DNA of 43,512 nucleotides from Nitrospirota bacterium (GTDB lineage Bacteria; Nitrospirota; Nitrospiria; Nitrospirales; Nitrospiraceae). The stretch is taken from the NCBI GenBank assembly GCA_963703955.1, contig CAVPGK010000003.1, forward strand, positions 1 through 43,512, written 5' to 3'. Positions 18,620-28,297 of this stretch are shown one piece after another. Position 1 is the first letter of the stretch. Every line of letters begins with the position of its first letter. Under the pieces are notes generated by a model. That model had not been told where the DNA came from. It did no database searches and saw only the letters and a program-made list of their open reading frames with translations. A program made the position numbers and the translations under genes.

Positions 18620-19144
18620 TCAGTGCGTCCGATGGATATCGATCACCATATTATCTTCGTCCAGCTCCAAGCGAACCGGGGTGCCTTCCTGGAGGACCGA
18701 GAGCTTGCTCCCTGCCAGGGTATCGACCGCAAAGCTGTTCACTCCCTCCGGAGTCGAGACCTTGACCACTCCCCAAAACGGATCCGCATAGGTCAGTTTG
18801 CCATCAACGAGGCGATGTCCCGCGCCCGGTGAGCCTGTCTTGTGGGCGTCCACCAGCACATTGCCCTCATCAACCATGAACGTCAGCTCGTCTCCGACCT
18901 TTATCTCGTGCAGCCCCAGACGCTCGGCTTTTTTGACGCTGATGGCGCGATGTTGCAACTCATATTTGGGGCTTTTGGGGGAGACAAACACGATCCCCCC
19001 GTCGATCTTCGTCACGACGACGGGTAACTGTTTGTGCGTATGAGGACCGGGTTGATCGGCCTCATGAGCGGGCGCCGAACCCGCGTAGAAAAAGATCATG
19101 GCGCATGCCGGTAGGACGAAAGAAACGAGTTTGTGACGGCGCAT
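18620..19144 (-). CDS. Secreted hypothetical protein with two tandem small beta-barrel-like repeats
   Basis: GAGGAGG RBS; signal peptide ending APA-HE; repeats GDELTFMVDEGNVLVDAH / GTPVRLELDEDNMVIDIH. Confidence 0.8.
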   Translation of the reverse strand: MRRHKLVSFVLPACAMIFFYAGSAPAHEADQPGPHTHKQLPVVVTKIDGGIVFVSPKSPKYELQHRAISVKKAERLGLHEIKVGDELTFMVDEGNVLVDAHKTGSPGAGHRLVDGKLTYADPFWGVVKVSTPEGVNSFAVDTLAGSKLSVLQEGTPVRLELDEDNMVIDIHRTH

Positions 19145-19428
19145 AGAGCACCTCCTCGAGAAACCGGATGAAAGTGGACTGCCAGCGGGGCAAATCTCCG
19201 GACTTTGAAAGAGAGGCCTCGGCAATTATGGTCCTACTCGGAGCAGAGGGCAAGTCCACGTAGGAGGCGTGCCTGATTATGGAAGTTGCGGCACGCTCAT
19301 CCCTCCGAACAGGTGCGAGCCCATGTCTGATGTGCCTCGGCTCGTTCAGGGCACTCCGCCCCGGGAGTCCAAGGGGACTCATCTCTTGGACTCCTCGCAG
19401 CTTCCTCCCTTGCCCGCCGCGTATGGGG

Positions 19429-19605
19429 CTAGGCCGCGCGCCTTGTACCGGAGGAGGATCGTCCACTGCCCTCGCCCGGGAATTCCTGTTTCCCTTCAGC
19501 TTTCGGGATGCGAGACATGATCTCCATACACGCGAAAAAGACCGCGAGCAGAGCCAGCAGCCCGGTTACGATTCCCCAATATCCCAGTGCTCCCCAGGTC
19601 GACAT
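19429..19605 (-). CDS. 58-aa single-TM small protein (below the ORF-track cutoff)
   Basis: GAGGAAAGG RBS; MSTWGALGYWGIVTGLLALLAVFFACMEIMSRIPKAEGKQEFPGEGSGRSSSGTRRAA*. Confidence 0.7.
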   Translation of the reverse strand: MSTWGALGYWGIVTGLLALLAVFFACMEIMSRIPKAEGKQEFPGEGSGRSSSGTRRAA

Positions 19606-19845
19606 GGACCTTTCCTCGTAATGGCAAAGGCCGGATAACCGTGGTTCGTCAGACTTCTCTGGTCATTGATCCAACCGATTCACTTCGAGAATCACTTCGC
19701 CTACTGTTCCCTAGTCCTTCTGAACCACTCATCCACCTCGGTCCGGGTCGAATGATTCCCTTGTCGTTCTCCTAGAAGTCGGGACGGAAAGGCACCCCAT
19801 TCACATCGGAAAGATACAGGGCACACACCACCATAGAGGAGTTTA

Positions 19846-19887
19846 GGCAACAGCGGTGCCATATGAATTGCTTGTAACATCTTGATA
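19846..19887 (-). promoter_or_regulatory. Sigma54 promoter with upstream IHF site
   Basis: TGGCACCGCTGTTGCC (GG-N10-GC) at 19861-19846; TATCAAGATGTTA (WATCAANNNNTTR) at 19887-19875. Confidence 0.65.
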
Positions 19888-20190
19888 TCTATTGTGATCA
19901 AAAGAATAGAGCCGAATGCGTGGTTGCTTTCAACCAGGAAGAGCGTGTAAACCACCAGCACGTCAGTGACCGACCGTTCGTGAAGGTGCGGGACAATAAG
20001 GATGGGTCGATCGGCGGAGGACTCGATCAGAGAGGAGGATTTTGAGCGTGCTAGTCACAAGCCTCTGTCAGGCCACCTTCCGAAGCGACTTCTGGATTTT
20101 CGGACAGCCCCCTGCCTTCAACGGAGATCCGACCTACTTTATGGGCCGATCCTCAGGCTTTCTTAAGGATGCGAAGTCTCTTCCGCCCTG

Positions 20191-20742
20191 ATGGGGACGC
20201 GTAAGACCCTTCCAGATCATATCCGACCGGGTGCGCGGGTGTTGTTTGTCGGGATTAACCCCGGCACACGATCCGCCGCCGTCGGCCACCACTTTGCGGG
20301 TTACTCCAACCGATTCTGGAAATTATTGTTCGATTCCCATATGGTCCCGATCCCTTTGTCTCATGAAGACGACGGCCGTTTGCCGGAATGGGGCATTGGC
20401 CTTACCAATCTGGTCGCAAGGCCAACTCGGGGAATTCATCAACTGAAGCCGCGTGACTATGCCATCGGTCGCCGGAAGCTGCTGGCGAGGATCCGGCGCT
20501 ATCGCCCTCACGTGGTCGCACTTTTGGGAATTACGATCTACCAGTCGCTGTTTCCCCGCGAGCGGGCGGAACGATCCCGCACGCACATCGGGCGAGGGCA
20601 TCAACGTCTTGGGGCGCGAGAGGAAACCCTTAGCGGCGTGCGGGTCTTCGTGTTGCCAAATCCGAGCGGCCGCAATGCGCACTACTCCTACCAGCAGATG
20701 TTGGAAGTCTTTCGGTCGTTGAGGGACTTCACGGGAGAATGA
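20191..20742 (+). CDS. mug: G:T/U mismatch-specific DNA glycosylase
   Basis: VLFVGINPG, GHHFAGYSNRFW, GLTNLVARPT, VLPNPSGRN. Confidence 0.92.
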   Translation: MGTRKTLPDHIRPGARVLFVGINPGTRSAAVGHHFAGYSNRFWKLLFDSHMVPIPLSHEDDGRLPEWGIGLTNLVARPTRGIHQLKPRDYAIGRRKLLARIRRYRPHVVALLGITIYQSLFPRERAERSRTHIGRGHQRLGAREETLSGVRVFVLPNPSGRNAHYSYQQMLEVFRSLRDFTGE

Positions 20743-20831
20743 TCAGGGTGACCATCGTTTCTCTTGAGAGGTGCCTGCCTGTAAACTTCAACGATAAAAG
20801 AGATCTTTCGTCATGCAAGCAGTCATCAACG

Positions 20832-21284
20832 CTATCGCTTTGCGGGAGTCAACTCGGCGTGGTATCGGGTACCCTTCCTGTCATGCGCCTGCACGATAAG
20901 GACAGATTTGCCGTCTCGTTCGTGAAGTGTGTAGGTGGCGCCTCCCTTTTCCGATTCCGACTCCAACCTGCCATTCCGCAAATGAAGAGACCCGCTTCCC
21001 ATCAAGACCCCGCTCGTGCGATAGCTTTCGAATTCAAAGGTGCTGTCCTCAAACGAGCCGCTGTCTTCAATGGTCAGAGTTAGCCAATCTTCACCAAGAC
21101 GGTAGTTTGCCGGCGGTTCTCTTTTCAGCACTCCCTCCCATTTCCCTGCGACGGTCTTGAGGTCGGAAATGGGAACAACAGTCGAACCCGGCGGCTGCCT
21201 GGGCTCAATTCCCGCACAGCCACTCCATGTCAACGTGGCCCATCCTAGGGTCAGGAGCACTGAAACCCGAATCAGTCGATCCAT
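20832..21284 (-). CDS. Hypothetical lipoprotein (beta-barrel-like)
   Basis: AAGGAG RBS; WSGC lipobox; VAGKWEG motif. Confidence 0.75.
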   Translation of the reverse strand: MDRLIRVSVLLTLGWATLTWSGCAGIEPRQPPGSTVVPISDLKTVAGKWEGVLKREPPANYRLGEDWLTLTIEDSGSFEDSTFEFESYRTSGVLMGSGSLHLRNGRLESESEKGGATYTLHERDGKSVLIVQAHDRKGTRYHAELTPAKR

Positions 21285-21364
21285 GACCATCTCCTTGTTG
21301 TTGGCCCGTGAAGGCCGAAAACGTCGGTGCATTGCAGCAACTGACCGAGACGGTAGGCTTACCA

Positions 21365-21985
21365 TCAGTGGCCTTTTCCCCAGAGCTCCTGGAGCCGCTG
21401 AGCCCGCCCGCATTTGTACTTGTAGAACTTATACCGAATCGGGTTCTTCTGATAGAAGTTCTGGTGATACTCCTCGGCGGGATAGAATGCTGAGGCCGGA
21501 ACGATCTCGGTGACAATGGATCCCTTGAACGGCTTGGACTGCTCCAGCTTCTGCTTCGATTCCTCGGCCAGACGTTTCTGGTTCTCGCCATGATAAAAAA
21601 TGGCTGAGCGGTATTGGGTCCCATGATCACAGAATTGCCGATTCGGGGTGGTCGGATCAATATTACGCCAGAAGGTTTCCAGGAGCGTGGTGTAGGTGAC
21701 CTTGCCGGGGTCGTAGGCAACCTCCACCGATTCCGTGTGGCCGGTGCCTCCTGCCGAGACTTCCTCGTAGGCGGGATTCACCGCGTGCCCTCCAGTGTAC
21801 CCCGAGGTGGTCGAGATCACTCCGTCCACCTTATCCAAAGCCTCTTCCATACACCAGAAGCAGCCTCCCGCGAACGTCGCGGTCTCCAGCCGCCCATCTG
21901 CAGCCTGATCCGCGGCGGTTGAACTGGAAGACACAACCCCCAGCACCGCGGCAAGGAAGACCACGATGGACATGCGAACCTTCAT
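21365..21985 (-). CDS. msrA: Peptide-methionine (S)-S-oxide reductase, exported
   Basis: FAGGCFWCME, GYTGG, GTGHTESV, QYRSAIF, FYPAEEYHQ; signal peptide. Start 21985 or 21973. Confidence 0.95.
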   Translation of the reverse strand: MKVRMSIVVFLAAVLGVVSSSSTAADQAADGRLETATFAGGCFWCMEEALDKVDGVISTTSGYTGGHAVNPAYEEVSAGGTGHTESVEVAYDPGKVTYTTLLETFWRNIDPTTPNRQFCDHGTQYRSAIFYHGENQKRLAEESKQKLEQSKPFKGSIVTEIVPASAFYPAEEYHQNFYQKNPIRYKFYKYKCGRAQRLQELWGKGH

Positions 21986-22157
21986 GTTGGGGTAGTGTAC
22001 ACCAAAGCGCTTGCCGGGCGAAACGTGCTCCAAGCGAGGGAAATGAGGAGTGCATTTCACATCAAGAGAAAGTACGATGGTGCGCACGATTCGGCATCTC
22101 ATCTGTGTTGGTATCATCTACAGGACGTGGCTGCAATCTCCGCCGAAAGGAGCCGCT

Positions 22158-22733
22158 ATGATCCAGCCAGCTCATCCCACCCCGGACCACACGTTGACGC
22201 CCGCGCAGCAAGCGATGGTGGACGTCTGGGAACAGCACATCTCATCTGAGTTCAAGACGAAGAGTCTTCCGCAGACTCTCGCGACAATGACCCCGAACCC
22301 TCTCGTGAACCATGTTCCGGTGATGACAGGTGGGGTAGGGTTGAACGAGGTCAGTTCCTTCTACGGCACGTACTTCATCCCTGGTCATCCATCGGACACT
22401 GAGATCGTTCCGGTGTCGCGGACCGTCGGCCAAGATCGAATCGTGGACGAGCTCATTCATAAGTTTACCCATACCATCGAGATGCCATGGATGCTGCCCG
22501 GGATCAAGCCGACCGGGAAACGTGTCGAGCTGGCCGTGGTCGTCGTGGTTCAATTCCGAGACGGCAAGATCGAAAGCGAACATATTTATTGGGATCAGGC
22601 GAGCGTCCTGGTTCAACTGGGCTTGTTGGATGCTCGTCGACTCCCGATCGGCGGCGTCGAGACCGCGCGGAAGATCTTGGCTCCGACGCTACCGTCGAAC
22701 ACCCTCATCCAGCGGGCCGGTGTCCGGCAGTAG
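22158..22733 (+). CDS. SnoaL/NTF2-like ester cyclase family protein
   Basis: AAAGGAG RBS; NHVPVMTGG, PGIKPTGKRVE, EHIYWDQASVLVQLG. Confidence 0.85.
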   Translation: MIQPAHPTPDHTLTPAQQAMVDVWEQHISSEFKTKSLPQTLATMTPNPLVNHVPVMTGGVGLNEVSSFYGTYFIPGHPSDTEIVPVSRTVGQDRIVDELIHKFTHTIEMPWMLPGIKPTGKRVELAVVVVVQFRDGKIESEHIYWDQASVLVQLGLLDARRLPIGGVETARKILAPTLPSNTLIQRAGVRQ

Positions 22734-22848
22734 GTCACTGTTGTGGGAGTGTGGTGGATCGCGGAAGGGGGCGGCAAACTCTGTTATGATCGAATCATGT
22801 GACGGGACGGTCCACGATTTCTAGGCAGGACAACTCAGCAGGAGGGGA

Positions 22849-23262
22849 ATGATGGCTGTGAAGGTCTACGGATCAAACCATGTGGTGATTGAGGTGGATA
22901 ACGCCGAGAAGGCCGTCGAGTTTTACTCAGATGTGTTCAACCTCGACATGCTCCGTGGTGGCGAGGGCGCTGCCTGGTGCAAGCTCGGCGAACACCAGTT
23001 CATGGCCATTTTCGAGGTGGACGAACTCCGCCCCGATCGGATGAAGCATTTCGGGATCATGGTGCGCGACGACGCGCAGATTCAGGAGGTACGGGAAAAG
23101 ATCACAAAGAAGTATGGGCTCCAACTGGAGCCGGGGTTCCGGTGTGATTTTCGCGACCCATGGGGTAATCGGATTCAGGTCGTCGATCTGCACGATGAAT
23201 CATTGGTCTGGCTTCTTCCTTACGCCGAAGTTCAGAAAGCCGGGATCAAGTTTTCCGATTGA
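22849..23262 (+). CDS. VOC / glyoxalase family protein
   Basis: NHVVIEVDNAEKAVEFYSDVF, HFGI, FRDPWGNRIQV. Confidence 0.88.
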   Translation: MMAVKVYGSNHVVIEVDNAEKAVEFYSDVFNLDMLRGGEGAAWCKLGEHQFMAIFEVDELRPDRMKHFGIMVRDDAQIQEVREKITKKYGLQLEPGFRCDFRDPWGNRIQVVDLHDESLVWLLPYAEVQKAGIKFSD

Positions 23263-23319
23263 GCTGCTTCGTCGATGATGTCTCCAGCCGCAGCCCGCGG
23301 GTGCCCAGGCATCTCACAG

Positions 23320-23769
23320 CTATTTCCCCCACCGACCGCTGAACGTTCTCACATAGAGCAGCACCTGCCAGGCTTCTTCTTCAGTCAGTACCAGCGGGAT
23401 AAACGGAGCCATATCGGTCCCGGGGCTGCCGTTCTTCAGAATCCACATGAGCTCGCCGTCGGCGCGTGCTGCTTGCCAGGAGTGATCCGTAAAATTGCGC
23501 GGTAAGGGTCCCTTGAGATCAAGGTCCGTTCCGAGCCCTTTCCCTTCCCTCCCATGGCAGGCGACACAAAAAGCCTTCCCGTTGTAAAGGGCTCGTCCTT
23601 TTTCGATCTGCTCCGGAGTCGGCTCGAAAGGATTGGCAACCGATCTGGCGGCTTCGATCTGATCAGGTGGGACGCGAGGGCGCAGAACTTCCGGATCAGC
23701 TGCCCAGGCGAGCATCGCTCCCAGCAAGACAGCCGCAACCGCCAGCCACACAAGGCGGTACGCGGGCAT
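23320..23769 (-). CDS. Periplasmic monoheme c-type cytochrome
   Basis: CVACH heme motif; signal peptide; GSPGTDMAPF distal Met. Confidence 0.9.
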   Translation of the reverse strand: MPAYRLVWLAVAAVLLGAMLAWAADPEVLRPRVPPDQIEAARSVANPFEPTPEQIEKGRALYNGKAFCVACHGREGKGLGTDLDLKGPLPRNFTDHSWQAARADGELMWILKNGSPGTDMAPFIPLVLTEEEAWQVLLYVRTFSGRWGK

Positions 23770-23807
23770 AGACGATTCACTCCGTGTAGGTCAGCCGAAA
23801 GAGAAGG

Positions 23808-23848
23808 GAAAGAAAAAGCGGGAGGAACGCTGCCAGCATCCTTCCCGC
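23808..23848 (-). terminator. Rho-independent terminator
   Basis: Minus strand GCGGGAAGGATGCT-GGC-AGCGTTCCTCCCGC followed by TTTTTCTTT, just after the stop at 23865. Confidence 0.7.
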
Positions 23849-23864
23849 CTCGCCGAGAGTGCGA

Positions 23865-24368
23865 CTACTCCGTTCGGTGTTTATGGCCAACCGACTGGGG
23901 ATGTCCCACCTCACCGGTTGGCGCGGGCTTGCCCTCCGGCCATAGGTGGAAAATGATGCCGTCGGTCTTCGCGGCCGCGTCAGCAATCTCCTTGGCCTTA
24001 TCCTCCGGCAAGTCTAAGACCTGAACTCGGCCGGTCGCAATCTCGACCTCGTGATCGTGATAGTACTGGTTCCAGGTCTTCAGGGGCAGTTCGCGTGCGA
24101 TCGGCTTGGCAACAAAGTACTCGACGTCGGTCAGCTTGGCATCGGGATGAGTGGACTCAAAGAGCAGGCACTGGAGGACTTCCGGTGAGATCCCTTTGCA
24201 ATAATGATGATAAGGGCCGTGCACCGTCCCATCCTCAAATTTGTGAGGAGCGATCACGTGAATCGTGAACCCCTCCGCGGGCGTCGGCTTCTTATCCTCA
24301 GCCAAAGCAGGCCCGATGAGCATCATGAACCCACTGAATGCGCCGAAAACTGCGAGCTTACCTAACAT
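23865..24368 (-). CDS. DUF1264-like secreted protein
   Basis: AGGAGG RBS; signal peptide; HHYCK, QCLLFES, VEYFV, YHDHEVEI motifs. Confidence 0.8.
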   Translation of the reverse strand: MLGKLAVFGAFSGFMMLIGPALAEDKKPTPAEGFTIHVIAPHKFEDGTVHGPYHHYCKGISPEVLQCLLFESTHPDAKLTDVEYFVAKPIARELPLKTWNQYYHDHEVEIATGRVQVLDLPEDKAKEIADAAAKTDGIIFHLWPEGKPAPTGEVGHPQSVGHKHRTE

Positions 24369-24640
24369 GTCCGACCTCCTTGCAAGAGATGAACGGTTTC
24401 GCGTGGAGCCGACATTCCCTATCGCACCAGCCCGAGAGGCACCACGCAGATCTGTCAATGCTGATTAGAGCCGCGACTTCTAAAAAGGACTCAGAAAAAC
24501 TGTGGGCGATGCGGTTCACATTCAACACGGGGTGATGCCATCTCTTACGCGGCGACGGTGATTGAGCAATATCCTGCCCGGTTCAAGGACCTTTCTCCTT
24601 CGGACGTTTGTGCGGAGTGGAAAGGGCAAGACTACCACGC

Positions 24641-25096
24641 TTAGCCGAGTGAGCCGGTCATTCTTTCAAGGACGTGAGATGGGCGATGATCGGAGGCCGT
24701 TCGCGAGAGCGTTTGAACAAGGCCGGACAGGCGGTCACGGTCCAACGGCTTTAGGATATAAGCAGAGGCCCCTGCTTTGACAGACCGGATAGCGACGTCG
24801 TGCAGCTTGAGGTCGGCCATCGTGATGACGGGCGTCCGAGGGTGCGCCATCCGAGCAATCGGAAGCACATCCAAGCCGCTGGGTGAAAAATTCAGGTCGA
24901 GTACAATGACATCCGGTTCTATGGACATGAGAAGCTCCAGGACTTCGTCCATCTCACGCGCCACTACCGCTTCGTACCCGCCAGCGGCCAGCCAATCTGC
25001 TTGCCGCAAGCACTCAGCTTCATGCGTGATGAGCAAGACTTGCATTCTGCGGGCCGGAATTCCGTTCTGCACGGGAGCTTCCTGTCCTTGCGTCAT
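24641..25096 (-). CDS. Single-domain response regulator (receiver), atypical
   Basis: PDVIVLDLN, PVITMA, GASAYILKP. The acidic pair is replaced by THE. Start uncertain. Confidence 0.75.
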   Translation of the reverse strand: MTQGQEAPVQNGIPARRMQVLLITHEAECLRQADWLAAGGYEAVVAREMDEVLELLMSIEPDVIVLDLNFSPSGLDVLPIARMAHPRTPVITMADLKLHDVAIRSVKAGASAYILKPLDRDRLSGLVQTLSRTASDHRPSHVLERMTGSLG

Positions 25097-25301
25097 GACG
25101 TTCTCTGTCTGCGTTCGTTCGGGCATGCGCTGCATGGACCGAGGCTGGTCTCTATTTCTAAGAACTTCTACAGGAAGCCCGTTTGCGTGGGTATCGCAGC
25201 CGGTTGGATTTTTCTGTCGAATTTTGACCGGTTGCAGTGTCATCAAATATTCTACGATCGAGAGGGAGAGAGGCGGCCGAGACAGGAGAAGCACTCGCCG
25301 T

Positions 25302-25934
25302 TCACTGTAGGATATCTTGCTGGACGGCGTAGCGGGTGAGTTCCGCGTTGTTCTTCATATTCATCTTCTCCAGGATGCGGGCCCGGTATGTGCTGATCGT
25401 GGTGATGCTTAAGTGCAAAACGTCCGCAATTTCACCGACGCTCTTTCCGGAGGCGATCAGATGCAGGACCTGGTACTCACGATCCGAGAGACGCTCATGG
25501 GGCGCTTTTTCCGCCCCGTGCTTTACCGTCATTGCGAGTTTCTCACCCAAGGACGGGCTCACATATTGGCCGCCTTCAATCACCTTTTTGATCGCGCGCA
25601 CGAGTTCTTCAGGGGCGCTGGCCTTGGTCAGGTAACCATCAGCCCCCGCCTTAAACATGCGAATCGCATACTGGTCTTCCGGATGCATGCTCAACACTAG
25701 GACCGGCAGCGTCGGGCTGAGCCGTTTCACCTCTCGGAGCGCTTCGGGTCCGCTTTTGCCGGGCATGCTGATGTCCATGACGACCAGGTCCCACCGTTTC
25801 TGTTTGACCGCTTCAAACATTTCGTCGGCATTGCCGCATTCCCCCACCTTGGCCGTCTCAAAGCCTTCAATTAGGATATCTTTCACCCCTCGTCGAAACG
25901 ACGGATGGTCATCGACCACCAACACTTTTAACAT
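25302..25934 (-). CDS. NarL/LuxR-family DNA-binding response regulator
   Basis: VLVVDDH, DLVVMDISMPG, GYLTK, LSDREYQVL...LSITTISTYRARILEKM. Confidence 0.95.
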   Translation of the reverse strand: MLKVLVVDDHPSFRRGVKDILIEGFETAKVGECGNADEMFEAVKQKRWDLVVMDISMPGKSGPEALREVKRLSPTLPVLVLSMHPEDQYAIRMFKAGADGYLTKASAPEELVRAIKKVIEGGQYVSPSLGEKLAMTVKHGAEKAPHERLSDREYQVLHLIASGKSVGEIADVLHLSITTISTYRARILEKMNMKNNAELTRYAVQQDILQ

Positions 25935-25945
25935 AGGTTCCCTTA

Positions 25946-27907
25946 CTAGGATATGGACCGAGGGCTCGGAAGGTGGAGCGTAATCGTCGTGCCCTCACCT
26001 GGTTGTCCACTCACGGTGACTTGTCCTCCAAACAGGCCGGCGCGCTCCCGCATGCCCAACAGGCCCAGTGACTGAGGATCCGACAATTTGTCCTCCGGAA
26101 TACCCTGGCCGTTGTCCCGCACGTCCAGGACGATCTGGCCATTTCGCTCTTCCAGACGGATGCTCACGGAACTGGCGCGCGCGTGACGCGCGACATTCGT
26201 AAGCGCTTCTTGACAGATGCGAAACACTGCGGTCGCCCGCTCCGAATCCACATGAATATCTTCCTGACCGACCGTGCAGGCACAGGCAATACCGGTGCGC
26301 CGTTGAAAGTCCTGTGTTTGCCATTCGATCGCCGCCACCAGACCCAGGTCATCCAGTACTGCCGGCCTCAGCTCGGTCACGATCCGTTGCACGGATCGGA
26401 TCGTCGTGTCGATGTGCTCCACCATTGACCGGATCTTGGCGTCCACTTTGTGGCGCCCCGCGGAAGTCATGAGTTTTTCCATGGCGGTATTCAGTCGTGA
26501 TAGGTCGATCTTCAGGCACGTCAGCCCCACTCCTAACTCATCATGCAGTTCCCGAGCGATCCGTGTTCGTTCTTCTTCACGGATCACTTCCAGACGTCGG
26601 GACAACGTGCGCAGCCGATCTAGAGTGCTTTGCAATTGCTCCTCGGCACGCTTGCGCTCGGTGATGTGCTGAATCTGAGAGACAAAGTACAACGGCCGCC
26701 CGTCGAAATTGCGAACCAATGAGACACTCAGCAGGACCCAGACGATATGGCCGCGCTTGTGAAAATAGCGCTTCTCCATCTGGTAGGTCTGGATTTCTCC
26801 CGCCAGAATCCGGTGCACCTGAGCGAGGTCCGCCTGGAGATCATCCGGATGGGTGATCGCTTGAAAGGTTGTCGCCAGCAATTCCTCCTCGGAATAGCCC
26901 ACGATCGTACACAACGACTGATTGACTTGAAGGAACCGGCCATCCGTTGCCACTAACGCCATCCCAATGGCCGCGTAGTCGAACGCTCCTCTGAAGCGTT
27001 CCTTAGTCTCCCGCAACGCCTCCTCCGCGCGCTTACGATCGATGATGTCCGCGAGCACGGCCTGCTCATGAACCTTCAGCAACTGCTCCAGAGTCTCAAC
27101 GTAGGATTGATAGTGCAGAAACTTCGCGTCGGGCAGCCCGTCTGCCACCACGGTCGGATTCGGAGCGGGCGGCTGTGTGTGAGCCAGAGGGACGTTGGGG
27201 CCGTCGAAGGGAAGAACGGCGAGCTTGACGCTCAGCGCCAGTGTTCGGAAAAGATCGGCCGTTTCTTTGGGGATGTAGACTTTGGAAAACAGGATAACGG
27301 CAAACAGCTCCTGCGAGGGCAAAATGCCACCGAATCCAAGGACCGATCGGATCCCGAACCGCATCACGAATTCCTGTTGGACCGGTACGAAGGGGCTGCC
27401 AACGGCTTCCGGCACGTAGAAGACGTTGTACGTCGTCGCTTCCGAATCGATCAGGAGGTTGGAGTTTCCTATTGGCTGCGCCGGAAACGCCACCCCGAAC
27501 TGCTTGAGGAGTTGCGAAAACATCGGAAACTGCGCAATGAACTGAGCGCTTGCCAAGGGAATCGACTTGTATTGACGAGAGTTCTCCTTGGTGTTCCATT
27601 CAGGCCGGTCCCCGGCCGTGCCCATGAGCGTGAAACATTTCATGGTCGAAGAAGCGGGTGCCCGTCCGAGAACGTCCTCGGCATATCGGCGGCAGTCGTC
27701 GTCAAGCTCACTGTACGGACACGTCTTGAAGAAGCGGACGAGGGCGCACGCCTTTTGACCGGTACGCTTGTCTCCAAGGCTCGTGTACAGATACGCGACG
27801 ATCCGAGCAGCGACTTCCTCCATCCTCTGGGCTTCCAGGCTCAACCGGCGGAGCGCTGTCCCGCACTCAATGATGTCGTGCAGTGAGAACCGTGCGAGAT
27901 CGTACAC
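25946..27907 (-). CDS. PAS/PAC sensor histidine kinase (HisKA_3) with an uncharacterised N-terminal domain
   Basis: EERTRIARELHDELG, QEALTNVARHA, DNGQG, GLLGMRERA; PAS ITHPDD. Confidence 0.93.
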   Translation of the reverse strand: MYDLARFSLHDIIECGTALRRLSLEAQRMEEVAARIVAYLYTSLGDKRTGQKACALVRFFKTCPYSELDDDCRRYAEDVLGRAPASSTMKCFTLMGTAGDRPEWNTKENSRQYKSIPLASAQFIAQFPMFSQLLKQFGVAFPAQPIGNSNLLIDSEATTYNVFYVPEAVGSPFVPVQQEFVMRFGIRSVLGFGGILPSQELFAVILFSKVYIPKETADLFRTLALSVKLAVLPFDGPNVPLAHTQPPAPNPTVVADGLPDAKFLHYQSYVETLEQLLKVHEQAVLADIIDRKRAEEALRETKERFRGAFDYAAIGMALVATDGRFLQVNQSLCTIVGYSEEELLATTFQAITHPDDLQADLAQVHRILAGEIQTYQMEKRYFHKRGHIVWVLLSVSLVRNFDGRPLYFVSQIQHITERKRAEEQLQSTLDRLRTLSRRLEVIREEERTRIARELHDELGVGLTCLKIDLSRLNTAMEKLMTSAGRHKVDAKIRSMVEHIDTTIRSVQRIVTELRPAVLDDLGLVAAIEWQTQDFQRRTGIACACTVGQEDIHVDSERATAVFRICQEALTNVARHARASSVSIRLEERNGQIVLDVRDNGQGIPEDKLSDPQSLGLLGMRERAGLFGGQVTVSGQPGEGTTITLHLPSPRSIS

Positions 27908-28297
27908 GGATGGTCCCTTTGTCTAAGTAGTTGCTCTGGCTTGAGCTACAACCATTCCGCGCTCCCGGACTGTGCAAATGGGAAGGGAGGTGGACCGTGC
28001 CATACGTCCGGTGGGAATTGGACGGGGAAAGTCTAGGAGCGGCTCCCGCCATTGTCAAGGTATGGCGCGAGGGTTTCGTGAGTGTACGAAGAAGATGGCG
28101 GCGTACTGTTACAGCCTAAGCGGATCCGAGACTCGAGGGTGCTTGATGCCACCTGTGACTTGCCGTCAACCGACTCCGCCCGCCTCCTCTTCGTTTCGGA
28201 CGGGTGAACGCCAGTACAGCTCGGTCCAACTCTGTCGAGCGGCAGACCTTGCAGCGGGAAGTATGGTAGCATGGGGCGTTCCGTTGATGGAGGACTT

